The notes beneath the pieces were generated by a model. The model worked only from the letters and a program-made list of their open reading frames with translations, had not been told where the DNA came from and searched no databases. The position numbers were made by a program, and so were the translations under genes. A DNA stretch of 27,542 bases, from UHGV virus genome UHGV-0297460, one strand, 5' to 3'. Origin of the DNA: a virus. This document shows, piece by piece, positions 19,468 through 27,374 of the stretch. How positions within the stretch are numbered: the first letter of the stretch is position 1; every line of letters starts with the position of its first letter.

Positions 19468-20411
19468 GCAATCCCCCTGTCTGCAAACTTCCCTTCCCGA
19501 ACTCCCGTTAACGAGTCTTCTCTCAGCAGGTAATCAAAATCAGCCGTCCAGCCCGTGTCGTTGTCTCCGAAGTAAAACGGCTTGGCCTGATGCACAAACG
19601 CCCTGACATACGCTCTGAAACCGTCCACGTTTGGCGTTTTCAGTTGCGGGATGATTTTCTTCAGGCGGCGTTTTCGTTTCTCGTTGACCGCAACAGCGTG
19701 TGGCAGTCTGTCACCGACTTCGGTGTTGTAGGCGTTCAGGAAGGATTCGTAGTCGATTCGTTCTGCCTTGCGACGTTCAGGTTTAACCTGCCCATCGCCT
19801 CCCCCATTGGGGGGTAGGGGGGTATTATTTATATTCTTGTTAATACCTTCTTGTTCATGATGTGCGGTTGTTTGTGCGGCTTCATGTGCGCTTTCATGTG
19901 CGGCATGTACGCTGAAAGCCGCGCTATTGCTGGCTTCATCATGTGCGGCATCATGTGCGGTTGTTTGTGCGGCTTCATGTGCGGGTAAATTGTCCATTTT
20001 TTGAGCATATTCATGGTAATTTGTGATGGTTATCACACGGCCTTTTTGCTTCTCTCCATCAATGGAGATCATCCCCTCTTTCACAAAAACCTGAAGCATC
20101 CGCTCAACCTGATCACGGCTTGCTGGCTTGCCATGTCTGTCGCATAACTGAAGACCTAAATCAGCTGCTGTCACAACCAGTTGACCGGGTTGCAGATGCC
20201 ATTCATGACCTTTGAAATTCGCTTTGTATGGCTTTCTGGCGGCATTCAGGAGAAGGTTTTCCCACAGGGTGCGAAGATAAACATCTTTCGCCCATGACTG
20301 TTTCAGAATGCTCCGGTACAACGGAATGTAACCAGTTTTCTGGTTCTCCATCCTGTTGCTCCTGCGCTCGTGTGCGGCGCTGAAATCGTAGATTTTTGCT
20401 GTATTGCTCAT
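19464..20411 (-). CDS. Replication initiator / replisome organizer (lambda O-like), with iteron-encoded His/Ala-rich linker
   Basis: 315 aa; N-terminal replisome-organizer-like domain; internal repeats encode [14 protein letters not shown]...; immediately upstream of helicase. Confidence 0.8.
   Translation of the reverse strand: MSNTAKIYDFSAAHERRSNRMENQKTGYIPLYRSILKQSWAKDVYLRTLWENLLLNAARKPYKANFKGHEWHLQPGQLVVTAADLGLQLCDRHGKPASRDQVERMLQVFVKEGMISIDGEKQKGRVITITNYHEYAQKMDNLPAHEAAQTTAHDAAHDEASNSAAFSVHAAHESAHEAAQTTAHHEQEGINKNINNTPLPPNGGGDGQVKPERRKAERIDYESFLNAYNTEVGDRLPHAVAVNEKRKRRLKKIIPQLKTPNVDGFRAYVRAFVHQAKPFYFGDNDTGWTADFDYLLREDSLTGVREGKFADRGIA
19857..19990. repeat. Putative replication origin iterons inside the O-like gene (two clusters of four 12 bp-spaced TGTGCGG repeats; 31 bp direct repeat at 19860-19890 and 19953-19983)
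   Basis: TGTGCGG at 19861, 19873, 19885 (variant), 19897 and 19942, 19954, 19966, 19978; AT-rich tracts flank at 19820-19850 and 19985-20040. Confidence 0.65.
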
Positions 20412-20413
20412 AA

Positions 20414-20686
20414 CTACCTGCCTTGACGAAAGACCTTAAGAACATCGTTAAACTGACTTACGGATATGTCTTCTTTGAGAAGCTTTTCCAGAAATGCGTT
20501 TGGAATGAACGTATATCCCTCCTCTTTTGGTAGAGACGGGAGCAACGCCCTCGCCTCAGCCTTCAGAAGCTCAGTTCTGGCAACTTTCACAAAAGAGATT
20601 TGAGTTCTTTCATCAATGGAACGAAGGAAGCGCAAACGCTTAGCTTCTTTGTGTGTATCAGGTGGATTAAAGCCTTTGTTTCGCAT
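20414..20686 (-). CDS. Hypothetical protein (90 aa) between cII and replication initiator
   Basis: Internal ATG of the 181 aa track ORF (MRNKGFNPPDTHKEAKRLRF...) preceded by GAGG; the 5' portion of the long ORF overlaps cII and is taken as spurious. Confidence 0.5.
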   Translation of the reverse strand: MRNKGFNPPDTHKEAKRLRFLRSIDERTQISFVKVARTELLKAEARALLPSLPKEEGYTFIPNAFLEKLLKEDISVSQFNDVLKVFRQGR

Positions 20687-20708
20687 ATAATTACCTCGTT
20701 GGATGTTG

Positions 20709-21002
20709 TTAAAATTCCATTTGTATTTGATCAGAACGCTCGGTTGCCGCCGGGCGTTTTTTATTGGTGAGAATCGAAGCAACTTGTCGTGCCAATCGAG
20801 CCATGTCGTCGTCGACAACACCCCATTCAAGAACAGCAAGCAGCATTGAGAACTTTGGAATCCAGTCCCTCTTCCACCTGCTGATCTGCGACTTATCAAC
20901 GCCCACAGCTTCCGCTGTCTTCTCAGTTCCAAGCATTGCGATTTTGTTAAGCAACGCACTCTCGATTCTTAGAGCCTCGTTGCGTTTGTTTGCACGAACC
21001 AT
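20709..21002 (-). CDS. cII: Transcriptional activator CII (lambda cII-type)
   Basis: 97 aa from internal Met: MVRANKRNEALRIESALLNKIAMLGTEKTAEAVGVDKSQISRWKRDWIPKFSMLLAVLEWGVVDDDMARLARQVA... matches lambda CII as recalled. Confidence 0.92.
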   Translation of the reverse strand: MVRANKRNEALRIESALLNKIAMLGTEKTAEAVGVDKSQISRWKRDWIPKFSMLLAVLEWGVVDDDMARLARQVASILTNKKRPAATERSDQIQMEF

Positions 21003-21058
21003 ATGTAAGTATTTCCTTAACAAATAAGAAGTTATGCGCATCAACTTATGCGCGTTGT

Positions 21059-21104
21059 ATTCCCGCATTTCGGCGGGAATGAGGACCATGACTGTTAAAG
21101 AGCA
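21059..21104 (-). promoter_or_regulatory. nutR-like element: boxA-like TGCTCTTTAA followed by hairpin ATTCCCGC-cgaaat-GCGGGAAT; second hairpin plus U-rich run just downstream (tR1 candidate)
   Basis: Read on minus strand between cro stop and cII start. Confidence 0.45.
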
Positions 21105-21110
21105 ATTTGC

Positions 21111-21296
21111 TTATGCCGCTTTGCGGTAAGCGCTTTCTTGATACTTCAGGGCGCCAGCTGTAACGACTTCCAGTCGATAGGCGTCTTTCTCTGGGATGAC
21201 TTCCTTCCACTGAGAGACTGCTGCGTCGCTAATGCCTAACGCTTTAGCTACAGCACGCTGGGTTCCGAAGTGGTCGATAACATCTTTCTTGTACAT
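21111..21296 (-). CDS. cro: Cro repressor (P22 Cro-type)
   Basis: 61 aa, MYKKDVIDHFGTQRAVAKALGISDAAVSQWKEVIPEKDAYRLEVVTAGALKYQESAYRKAA matches P22 Cro as recalled. Confidence 0.92.
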   Translation of the reverse strand: MYKKDVIDHFGTQRAVAKALGISDAAVSQWKEVIPEKDAYRLEVVTAGALKYQESAYRKAA

Positions 21297-21310
21297 AGAC
21301 TCGCTCCGAA

Positions 21311-21376
21311 ATTAAAGAACACTTAAATTATCCACTAAAGGAATCTTAAGTCAAGTTTATTTAAGATGTCTTAACT
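21311..21376. promoter_or_regulatory. OR region: three 18 bp operators (21311-21328, 21334-21351, 21359-21376) with divergent PR/PRM
   Basis: Palindromic half-sites ATTAAAG/CTTAAAT, ACTAAAG/CTTAAGT, ATTTAAG/CTTAACT with 4 bp centres; PR -35 TTGACT and -10 GATAAT on minus strand. Confidence 0.75.
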
Positions 21377-22027
21377 ATGAAAACTCAATTGATGGGAGAG
21401 CGCATTCGCGCTCGGAGAAAAGAACTCAAGATCAGGCAGGCCGCACTTGGAAAGATGGTCGGCGTGTCTAATGTTGCCATATCTCAGTGGGAACGCTCTG
21501 AGACAGAGCCAAATGGAGAGAATCTTCTCGCCCTGGCTAATGCGTTGAAGTGTTCCCCTGACTATCTGATGAAAGGAGAGGAAAGTCTTTCAAACATTGC
21601 CTATCACAGTAGGCATGATCCAAGAGGGTCATACCCTCTGATTAGCTGGGTGAGCGCAGGATGCTGGATGGAAGCTGTAGAACCATATCATAAGCGTGCA
21701 ATAGATAACTGGTACGATACAACCGTAGACTGTTCAGAAGATTCGTTTTGGTTGGACGTGAAGGGAGACTCAATGACGGCTCCGGCCGGTCTCAGTATCC
21801 CTGAAGGAATGATAATACTCGTCGATCCTGAAGTAGAGCCGCGTAACGGGAAACTGGTAGTTGCAAAGCTCGAAGGAGAAAACGAGGCAACTTTCAAGAA
21901 GTTAGTTATTGATGCAGGCAGGAAGTTTCTAAAACCACTTAACCCACAATATCCGATGATCGAGATCAACGGAAACTGCAAAATCATCGGCGTAGTTGTC
22001 GATGCAAAACTAGCAAACCTTCCATAA
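21377..22027 (+). CDS. c2: Prophage repressor, P22 C2-type (LexA-like autocleavable)
   Basis: 216 aa, MKTQLMGERIRARRKELKIRQAALGKMVGVSNVAISQWERSETEPNGENLL... near-identical to P22 C2 as recalled; C-terminal S24 peptidase region (GDSM...K). Confidence 0.95.
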   Translation: MKTQLMGERIRARRKELKIRQAALGKMVGVSNVAISQWERSETEPNGENLLALANALKCSPDYLMKGEESLSNIAYHSRHDPRGSYPLISWVSAGCWMEAVEPYHKRAIDNWYDTTVDCSEDSFWLDVKGDSMTAPAGLSIPEGMIILVDPEVEPRNGKLVVAKLEGENEATFKKLVIDAGRKFLKPLNPQYPMIEINGNCKIIGVVVDAKLANLP

Positions 22028-22052
22028 GGGGGCATTCGCCCCTTTTTTTTTA
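22028..22052 (+). terminator. Rho-independent terminator after repressor gene
   Basis: GGGGGC-attc-GCCCC hairpin followed by T9. Confidence 0.7.
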
Positions 22053-22093
22053 TTTCCTTTAAAAATCAAAGCCAAACTTAAGTTACGAAAGAA

Positions 22094-22148
22094 AATTTAA
22101 GTTTTCTTCAAAAATGCTCTTGACCATTAATTAAAGAGATCTTAAATT
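22094..22148 (+). promoter_or_regulatory. OL/PL region: operators (perfect palindrome ATTAAAGagatCTTAAAT at 22130-22147; weaker site 22094-22111) overlapping PL (-35 TTGACC 22120-22125, -10 TAAATT 22143-22148)
   Basis: Same half-site family as OR; promoter hexamers with 17 bp spacing. Confidence 0.65.
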
Positions 22149-22464
22149 TAAGCCATCAGCAGGACGCTGGAAGCCAAACGGAACAGATTGGCAGGCTCTT
22201 TAACATTGATGGGATTGTCCCGCCGAAATGCGGGAACCAAAGAGTAGTTGGCTTTGGGGTGACGTGAAGTGCAGCTGCACGACGGCAACCGGAAGATAAG
22301 CACCCGGCGCGTCACCGCCAAAGTCAATTCCATAGGCGTTATGCAGCCGCCACCATATTCAAGAAAGCTGCACAAGAGGTAGGAGGATTTATGTGAATGC
22401 ATAACTTCAAAACCGAGGTTAATTAAATCTCTCGATCCGAGCATCGACCTATTAGGTGGCGAGA

Positions 22465-22493
22465 TGCTCTTTCTGCCCCTCAGTTCGAGGGGC
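22465..22493 (+). promoter_or_regulatory. nutL-like site: boxA-like TGCTCTTTC plus boxB-like hairpin GCCCCTC-agttc-GAGGGGC
   Basis: Located about 60 nt upstream of the N-like gene start. Confidence 0.5.
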
Positions 22494-22548
22494 CAGAAAC
22501 CACTTTGCAATCACTATCAATTCCAAAGTTGTTTCATCGGAGGTCAAC

Positions 22549-22848
22549 ATGACAGTAGTCATTACATATCTGGCTGACGATAACGCCAGAAATCGCCGCA
22601 GAGCACGCAGACAGGCTCAACGTGAACAGGCGATGCAAGAACAGCGACTGGCGCGAAAAATTGCGCTAAAGCTCTCTGGTTGCGTCAGAGCGGATAAAGC
22701 AGCATCACTCGGAATCCTTCGCTGCAAGAAGGCAGATGAAGTCGAGAGTAAACAGAATCGTATTTACTACCGCAAGCCACGCAGTGAAATGGGTGTGACT
22801 TGTGTTGGTCGCCAGAAAATGAAATTAGGCAGCAAACCACTTATTTGA
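22549..22848 (+). CDS. N-like early antiterminator (P22 gp24-like)
   Basis: 99 aa from internal ATG with GGAGG SD; arginine-rich motif DNARNRRRARRQAQREQ near N-terminus; first gene of PL operon. Confidence 0.75.
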   Translation: MTVVITYLADDNARNRRRARRQAQREQAMQEQRLARKIALKLSGCVRADKAASLGILRCKKADEVESKQNRIYYRKPRSEMGVTCVGRQKMKLGSKPLI

Positions 22849-22856
22849 GGTGATAT

Positions 22857-23327
22857 ATGACAAAATCATGGAGCGTACCTTTTCCTGAATCAGAAACTGA
22901 ACATGATGGAATGCCTGTTTTCTGGAGATTCCAAGCGACAGTTGAAGAAGATGGAATCAAAATATTCGCACTTCAATATATAGCTTTTCATCAGACAGAG
23001 CATTATGCATGGTTGGTTCCTGCGCATTGGATTGTTAATTTTAAACCAGCACCAAATCAGTGGTTACAGGAATGGAAACAAAGGAGAAATAGATATGCAA
23101 TTAAGAAAGTAGCAAAAAATGCAGAAAGATCTTTTGCATTCCCGACGAAGAAACTTGCCATTGAAAGTTTATTGCGCCGGAAGAAATACCATTTGATGAG
23201 AATCAAACAAGATTTGGCTGTTGTATCAACTCTTGTTGATGGGATGAAGAATATTGATACATCAACACCAGGTATTGAATATAACTTTGGACACAACCAA
23301 GAAACAGAAAACTGGGTGTTTTATTAG
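22857..23327 (+). CDS. Hypothetical protein (156 aa), low-GC accessory gene downstream of N
   Basis: GAGGTG SD; visibly AT-rich relative to neighbours; followed by its own hairpin and terminator; no family recognised. Confidence 0.55.
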   Translation: MTKSWSVPFPESETEHDGMPVFWRFQATVEEDGIKIFALQYIAFHQTEHYAWLVPAHWIVNFKPAPNQWLQEWKQRRNRYAIKKVAKNAERSFAFPTKKLAIESLLRRKKYHLMRIKQDLAVVSTLVDGMKNIDTSTPGIEYNFGHNQETENWVFY

Positions 23328-23431
23328 TACGAATAAGCACTGTGTATTCATTCCAACGAGTGAATACACGGAGCAATGTCGCTCGTAACTAAACAGGAGC
23401 CGACTTGTTCTGATTATTGGAAATCTTCTTT

Positions 23432-23457
23432 GCCCTCCAGTGTGAGGGCTTTTTTAT
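23432..23457 (+). terminator. Rho-independent terminator (tL1-like)
   Basis: GCCCTC-cagtgt-GAGGGC followed by TTTTTTAT. Confidence 0.65.
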
Positions 23458-23521
23458 ATGCATACCAATAACGCTTCACTCGAGGCGTTTTCGTTATGCA
23501 ATCAAACAGAAGGAGCATCCT

Positions 23522-23692
23522 ATGCAACAGTTCGCTATTGCAGGGGCGGCATCGGTTCGCCCTTTCAACCCGATTTTATCGGTACAGCATTCACGAAAAA
23601 ACATTTTAACCGGAGCAGACTTTAAACAACCAAGAATGAAAAGCTTGCTCGAAAAGCTTTGGGATATTTTGAAACAACAAGGCCGTCCATGA
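23522..23692 (+). CDS. cIII: CIII-like protease-inhibitor peptide (lambda cIII / P22 c3 homolog)
   Basis: 56 aa, MQQFAIAGAASVRPF...SLLEKLWDILKQQGRP parallels lambda CIII MQYAIAG...ESLLERITRKLRDGWKRLIDILNQPGVP; AAGGAG SD. Confidence 0.65.
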   Translation: MQQFAIAGAASVRPFNPILSVQHSRKNILTGADFKQPRMKSLLEKLWDILKQQGRP

Positions 23693-23847
23693 GTTTTACG
23701 GATAACTGGTCAGACGAAGAATTCATTCGTCAGATAAAAGAATTAATCGGTAACGAAGGAGATATTCATGTCACTTGCAACCACAGTGAAGGAGAGCAAG
23801 TTACAGAGACGCATGTACACGCAGAAAGCTCTCTGGTATCGCCATAA
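23689..23847 (+). CDS. Small hypothetical protein (52 aa; kil position)
   Basis: ATG overlaps cIII stop (ATGA); MSFTDNWSDEEFIRQIKELIGNEGDIHVTCNHSEGEQ... Confidence 0.4.
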   Translation: MSFTDNWSDEEFIRQIKELIGNEGDIHVTCNHSEGEQVTETHVHAESSLVSP

Positions 23848-23948
23848 TGGTGACCGCGAAGGAATGCGGGTATGCCTTAATTTGTCCCGAGTCGAAGTAT
23901 TAAATCAGCGTTATTTCCTTGGGCCGTGTCCATTCTGAGAGCAATCAT

Positions 23949-24554
23949 ATGAGCAAAGAATTTTACGCAAGACTGGCAGCTATTCAGGAGAATCTGAACG
24001 CGCCAAAGAATCAGTACAACTCATTCGGCAAATATAAATACAGAAGCTGCGAAGATATTCTTGAAGGCGTTAAGCCGTTACTGAACGGTCTGTTTTTATC
24101 AATCAGCGATGAAGTTGTGTTGATTGGTGATCGGTATTACGTGAAAGCCACGGCAACTATTACCGATGGCGAAAACAGTCATACGGCAACCGCTCTTGCA
24201 CGAGAGGAAGAAAGCAAGAAAGGAATGGATTCTGCACAAGTTACGGGAGCTACAAGCTCTTATGCACGCAAGTATTGCCTCAATGGTTTGTTCGGCATTG
24301 ATGATGCGAAAGATGCAGATACAGACGAGCATAAACATCAGCAGAACGCAGCAGCAAAGCAATCAAAACCATCACTTACACCTGAACAGGTTCTAAAAGC
24401 ATTCACTGACGCAGCAATGCAGAAAAACACCGTAGAAGAGCTTAAACAGGCGTTCGCCAAAGCGTGGAAGATGCTCGAAGGGACGCCGGAGCAGCACAAA
24501 GCGCAGGACGTTTACAACATCAGACGAGACGAATTAGAAGGGGCAACTGCTTAA
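23949..24554 (+). CDS. erf: Erf-family single-strand annealing recombination protein
   Basis: Internal start MSKEFYARLAAIQENLNAPKNQYNSFGKYKYRSCEDILEGVKPLLNGLFLSISDEVVLIGDRYYVKATATITDGENSH... matches P22 Erf as recalled. Confidence 0.9.
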   Translation: MSKEFYARLAAIQENLNAPKNQYNSFGKYKYRSCEDILEGVKPLLNGLFLSISDEVVLIGDRYYVKATATITDGENSHTATALAREEESKKGMDSAQVTGATSSYARKYCLNGLFGIDDAKDADTDEHKHQQNAAAKQSKPSLTPEQVLKAFTDAAMQKNTVEELKQAFAKAWKMLEGTPEQHKAQDVYNIRRDELEGATA

Positions 24555-24937
24555 TGGCACATTCGATTACAGTAAGACTAAACAAACCCGCAAGAGAGTT
24601 TCAGGGCGGGGAAAATATCGGATTCAACATCCGTGCTGGCGTTCAGTATTACGATCGCCAGACAAAAAAGAAAGAATGGACAAACTACAGCGCCGTTGTA
24701 TTTGCCAAGCCGGGAGCGCAAGCGGATTACTATCGTAGCGTTCTGGTTGAAGGAGGCATTGTAGAAATTACCGGAGAAAACATCAGGGTTGATGTTTATC
24801 AGGGGCAAAATGGTCAATCAATCACTCTTGAATTACTGAATGCAAAGATTGGATTTGCAACTTCAGGAAACAGCCAACAGCAGCAAAGTAGCAATCATCA
24901 AAATAATCCTGAATACGACGATTCCATCCCATTCTGA
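24554..24937 (+). CDS. Single-stranded DNA-binding protein (SSB-like, acidic C-terminal tail DDSIPF)
   Basis: 127 aa from ATG overlapping erf stop (TAATG); Gln/Ser-rich linker and SSB-type C-terminal tail ...PEYDDSIPF. Confidence 0.7.
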   Translation: MAHSITVRLNKPAREFQGGENIGFNIRAGVQYYDRQTKKKEWTNYSAVVFAKPGAQADYYRSVLVEGGIVEITGENIRVDVYQGQNGQSITLELLNAKIGFATSGNSQQQQSSNHQNNPEYDDSIPF

Positions 24938-24960
24938 TTTAGAAAAATAAGGATTTAATT

Positions 24961-25257
24961 ATGCCAGCGCCTTTGTATGGTGCGGATGACCCGCGCCGCT
25001 GTTCCGGCAATTCCGTATCGGAGGTGCTGGATAAATTCAGAAAAAACTACGATCGAATAATGTCTCTACCGCAGGAAACGAAAGAGGAAAAGGAATTTCG
25101 CCACTGTATATGGCTTGCAGAGAAAGAAGAACGCGAGCGAATTTACCAGACATCAATCCGACCATTCCGCAAAGCCACATATACCCACTTCCCTGAATAT
25201 ATCGACCCGCGCCTGCGTAATTACCGCTCACGCTATGGCGCTATCAGTAATGACTGA
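24961..25257 (+). CDS. Hypothetical protein (98 aa), possibly Abc2-like anti-RecBCD factor (positional guess)
   Basis: AAGGA SD; located after erf/ssb where P22 carries abc genes; sequence identity not verified. Confidence 0.4.
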   Translation: MPAPLYGADDPRRCSGNSVSEVLDKFRKNYDRIMSLPQETKEEKEFRHCIWLAEKEERERIYQTSIRPFRKATYTHFPEYIDPRLRNYRSRYGAISND

Positions 25258-25351
25258 GGAATTTACCATGAGAGGACTTGCTTAAGAGAAAGAGTTTCGG
25301 TTCTGTTAATGACAACAAATATCTGAATGCGATGTGGCGGAGTGGGAAGAA

Positions 25352-25870
25352 ATGAAACAAATGTCACTAATTGAGATGGATGGTTTTCTGAAAGGTAAAT
25401 GCATCCCAAGTGATTTAAAGGTTAACGAAACAAACGCTGAATACCTTGTCCGTAAGTTCGGTGAACTTGAATCAAAACTGGAAACGGCGTTGCGGGAGTG
25501 TAGTTCTGCTGGAATCACGATTGATAACCTTGAGGCTAAATGCGCGAAGATGGCTGCTGAAAATACCTCACTTAAGCAATCTGAGAAGGAATTTAATGAC
25601 TTTTGTCGTGAGGAGTTTAGCGAATGGGAAGATGATGTTACTGAAACCCCAGCCACCGATGCTTTTCTGGCTGAAGTGCGGGCGCAGGGGGTGGATGCTG
25701 CTATAGAAGCTGCAAAAAATCTGGTGGCCCAAGAATATGAGTATAAGGATTTCAAAGCGGCGCAGAGTGATTGCTGTATGCACCCTGGTTCAGACCTGGT
25801 AGGGAAGGTTGAAATGACTGAGTGGTTAGTTGACTTTGCTGCCCAGCTTCGCAAAGGAGGCAACCAGTGA
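25352..25870 (+). CDS. Hypothetical protein (about 172 aa)
   Basis: ATG with GGAG/GGGAAG upstream; acidic coiled-coil-like protein; no family recognised. Confidence 0.45.
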   Translation: MKQMSLIEMDGFLKGKCIPSDLKVNETNAEYLVRKFGELESKLETALRECSSAGITIDNLEAKCAKMAAENTSLKQSEKEFNDFCREEFSEWEDDVTETPATDAFLAEVRAQGVDAAIEAAKNLVAQEYEYKDFKAAQSDCCMHPGSDLVGKVEMTEWLVDFAAQLRKGGNQ

Positions 25871-26166
25871 CTGTATGTCTTATTGATAAACGTCGACGTG
25901 GGCAACAAATACCATCTGTTGAAATGCCGAATCACACATGGTTTTGCGTACTTGATATCGATGGTATGGATACGTTGGTTGACACTCGTCATTACTGCGA
26001 TACCGCAACAGCTACTCCGGCGAAAGCAAAGAAAATGGCTGCTCTGATAGAAAACTGGACTCCACCTGATGGTTGGTGCAATGGGAATGATCGAGATTGG
26101 CACGAAAAAATGAAGGGCTATATCTGCGATTTTTTACGTAAATGCAACGGCTTCAGGGGGATGTGA
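25867..26166 (+). CDS. Hypothetical Cys/Trp-rich protein (99 aa, GTG start)
   Basis: GGAGG 6 nt upstream of GTG that overlaps the preceding stop (GTGA). Confidence 0.45.
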   Translation: MTVCLIDKRRRGQQIPSVEMPNHTWFCVLDIDGMDTLVDTRHYCDTATATPAKAKKMAALIENWTPPDGWCNGNDRDWHEKMKGYICDFLRKCNGFRGM

Positions 26167-26167
26167 T

Positions 26168-26740
26168 ATGACCAAAATTAACTATCAGGCACTGCGTGAG
26201 GCGGCAGAACGTGCAATTCCGGCAATGGAACGCCTGTTAATGTTGCCAGTTGATGATGATTTGTTAAGTGAACAGGAACTTAAGGATTACGGTGTGGATA
26301 TTGATGCGCTCAACGCCTTCAAATTTCTGACCGGACCAGAAACCGTGCTGGCGCTGCTGGATGAACGGGAAAGAAACCAGCAATACATCAAACGCCGCGA
26401 CCAGGAGAACGAGGAAATTGCGCTAACGGTAGGGAAGCTGCGCGTTGAGCTGGAAGCTGCAGAGAAGCGCATTGCAGAACTGGAAGCCGAACCTGTAAGC
26501 CAAACTTACAAGTTGAACGAGCTGTCGGGCAACTATCCGGTAACTCCGGATGGTTGGATAAGCTGTAGTGAGCGAATGCCCGCTCAAGATGATTGGATTT
26601 TAATTTATTCAAAGCACGGCGAGTATATGGCAGGACAGGTACAAGGGGAATACGTGGAGTTGAGCGACGGCACTTTATCGTGGTTAGGGAACGCCTTGTA
26701 CTGGATGCCTCTACCGGAACCGCCGCAGGAGGTTAATTGA
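26168..26740 (+). CDS. Ead/Ea22-like protein with C-terminal DUF551-like domain
   Basis: 190 aa; coiled-coil N-terminus and C-terminal ...PDGWISCSERMPAQDDWILIYSKHGEYMAG...WMPLPEPP recalled from lambdoid early-left region proteins. Confidence 0.55.
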   Translation: MTKINYQALREAAERAIPAMERLLMLPVDDDLLSEQELKDYGVDIDALNAFKFLTGPETVLALLDERERNQQYIKRRDQENEEIALTVGKLRVELEAAEKRIAELEAEPVSQTYKLNELSGNYPVTPDGWISCSERMPAQDDWILIYSKHGEYMAGQVQGEYVELSDGTLSWLGNALYWMPLPEPPQEVN

Positions 26741-26934
26741 TGGTCTCCTTCGCGAAATATACGATTATTGACTGGATAGCATTCATTCAGGTTTTGCTCA
26801 TCTGGTTTTATATGGCTTACAGGAGTGGACAGTGGATTGTCAGTGTAGCCTGTAGCAATGGATGGCGTTGGTGGAACCGAAAGAATAAAAAAAGCGCTGG
26901 CCTTGGCTTCGTTTTACGAAGCATTCAATCTTAA
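26737..26934 (+). CDS. Small membrane protein (65 aa)
   Basis: Hydrophobic/aromatic core; start overlaps upstream stop. Confidence 0.4.
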   Translation: MMVSFAKYTIIDWIAFIQVLLIWFYMAYRSGQWIVSVACSNGWRWWNRKNKKSAGLGFVLRSIQS

Positions 26935-27017
26935 CAGTCTTCAGCCTGGTTCTGTCGTTGTAGTCACCACTCAAAGCGGCATGACGATACAAATTCACAA
27001 GCCAAAGGAGGAAGGTC

Positions 27018-27302
27018 GTGGCTAACCTGCAACTTGCCGTTAAAGGTGAATACTTCGATGCCATGATTCGCGGAGAGAAAACGGAAGAGTATCGCCTGTG
27101 TAATGACTACTGGAATAAGCGAATTATGTTCCGCGAGTATGACCGCCTGATTATCACAAAGGGATATCCGAAGCGCGACGATTCCAGCCGCAGAATTGAC
27201 GTCCCGTATGACGGATATGAAATCAAGACAATCACACATCCGCACTTCGGCGATAAACCGGTAAAGGTGTTCGCTATAAAGGTGAATATCGACAATGAAT
27301 GA
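27018..27302 (+). CDS. ASCH/PUA-like small protein (94 aa, GTG start)
   Basis: AGGAGG SD; ...AVKGEYFDAMIRGEKTEEYR... beta-barrel-like motif; family call tentative. Confidence 0.45.
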   Translation: MANLQLAVKGEYFDAMIRGEKTEEYRLCNDYWNKRIMFREYDRLIITKGYPKRDDSSRRIDVPYDGYEIKTITHPHFGDKPVKVFAIKVNIDNE

Positions 27303-27374
27303 TAATCCTCGCACTCGCGGGGATTTCTTTTATCTGAACTCGCTACGGCGGGTTTTGTTTTATGGAGATGATAA

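Noticed and set aside
19857-19990. CRISPR array
   Set aside because: Repeat unit is only 12 bp with no unique spacers, and lies inside an intact ORF encoding a repetitive linker; it fits origin iterons instead.
20709-21089. Full 126 aa ORF as cII
   Set aside because: The recognised CII sequence begins at the internal Met (MVRANKRNE...), giving 97 aa; the upstream extension covers the nutR/tR1-like region.
22148-22510. 120 aa minus-strand ORF in the PL leader
   Set aside because: Antisense to the PL transcript, low-complexity Ser/Leu/Arg-rich composition, no RBS; more likely a non-coding leader.
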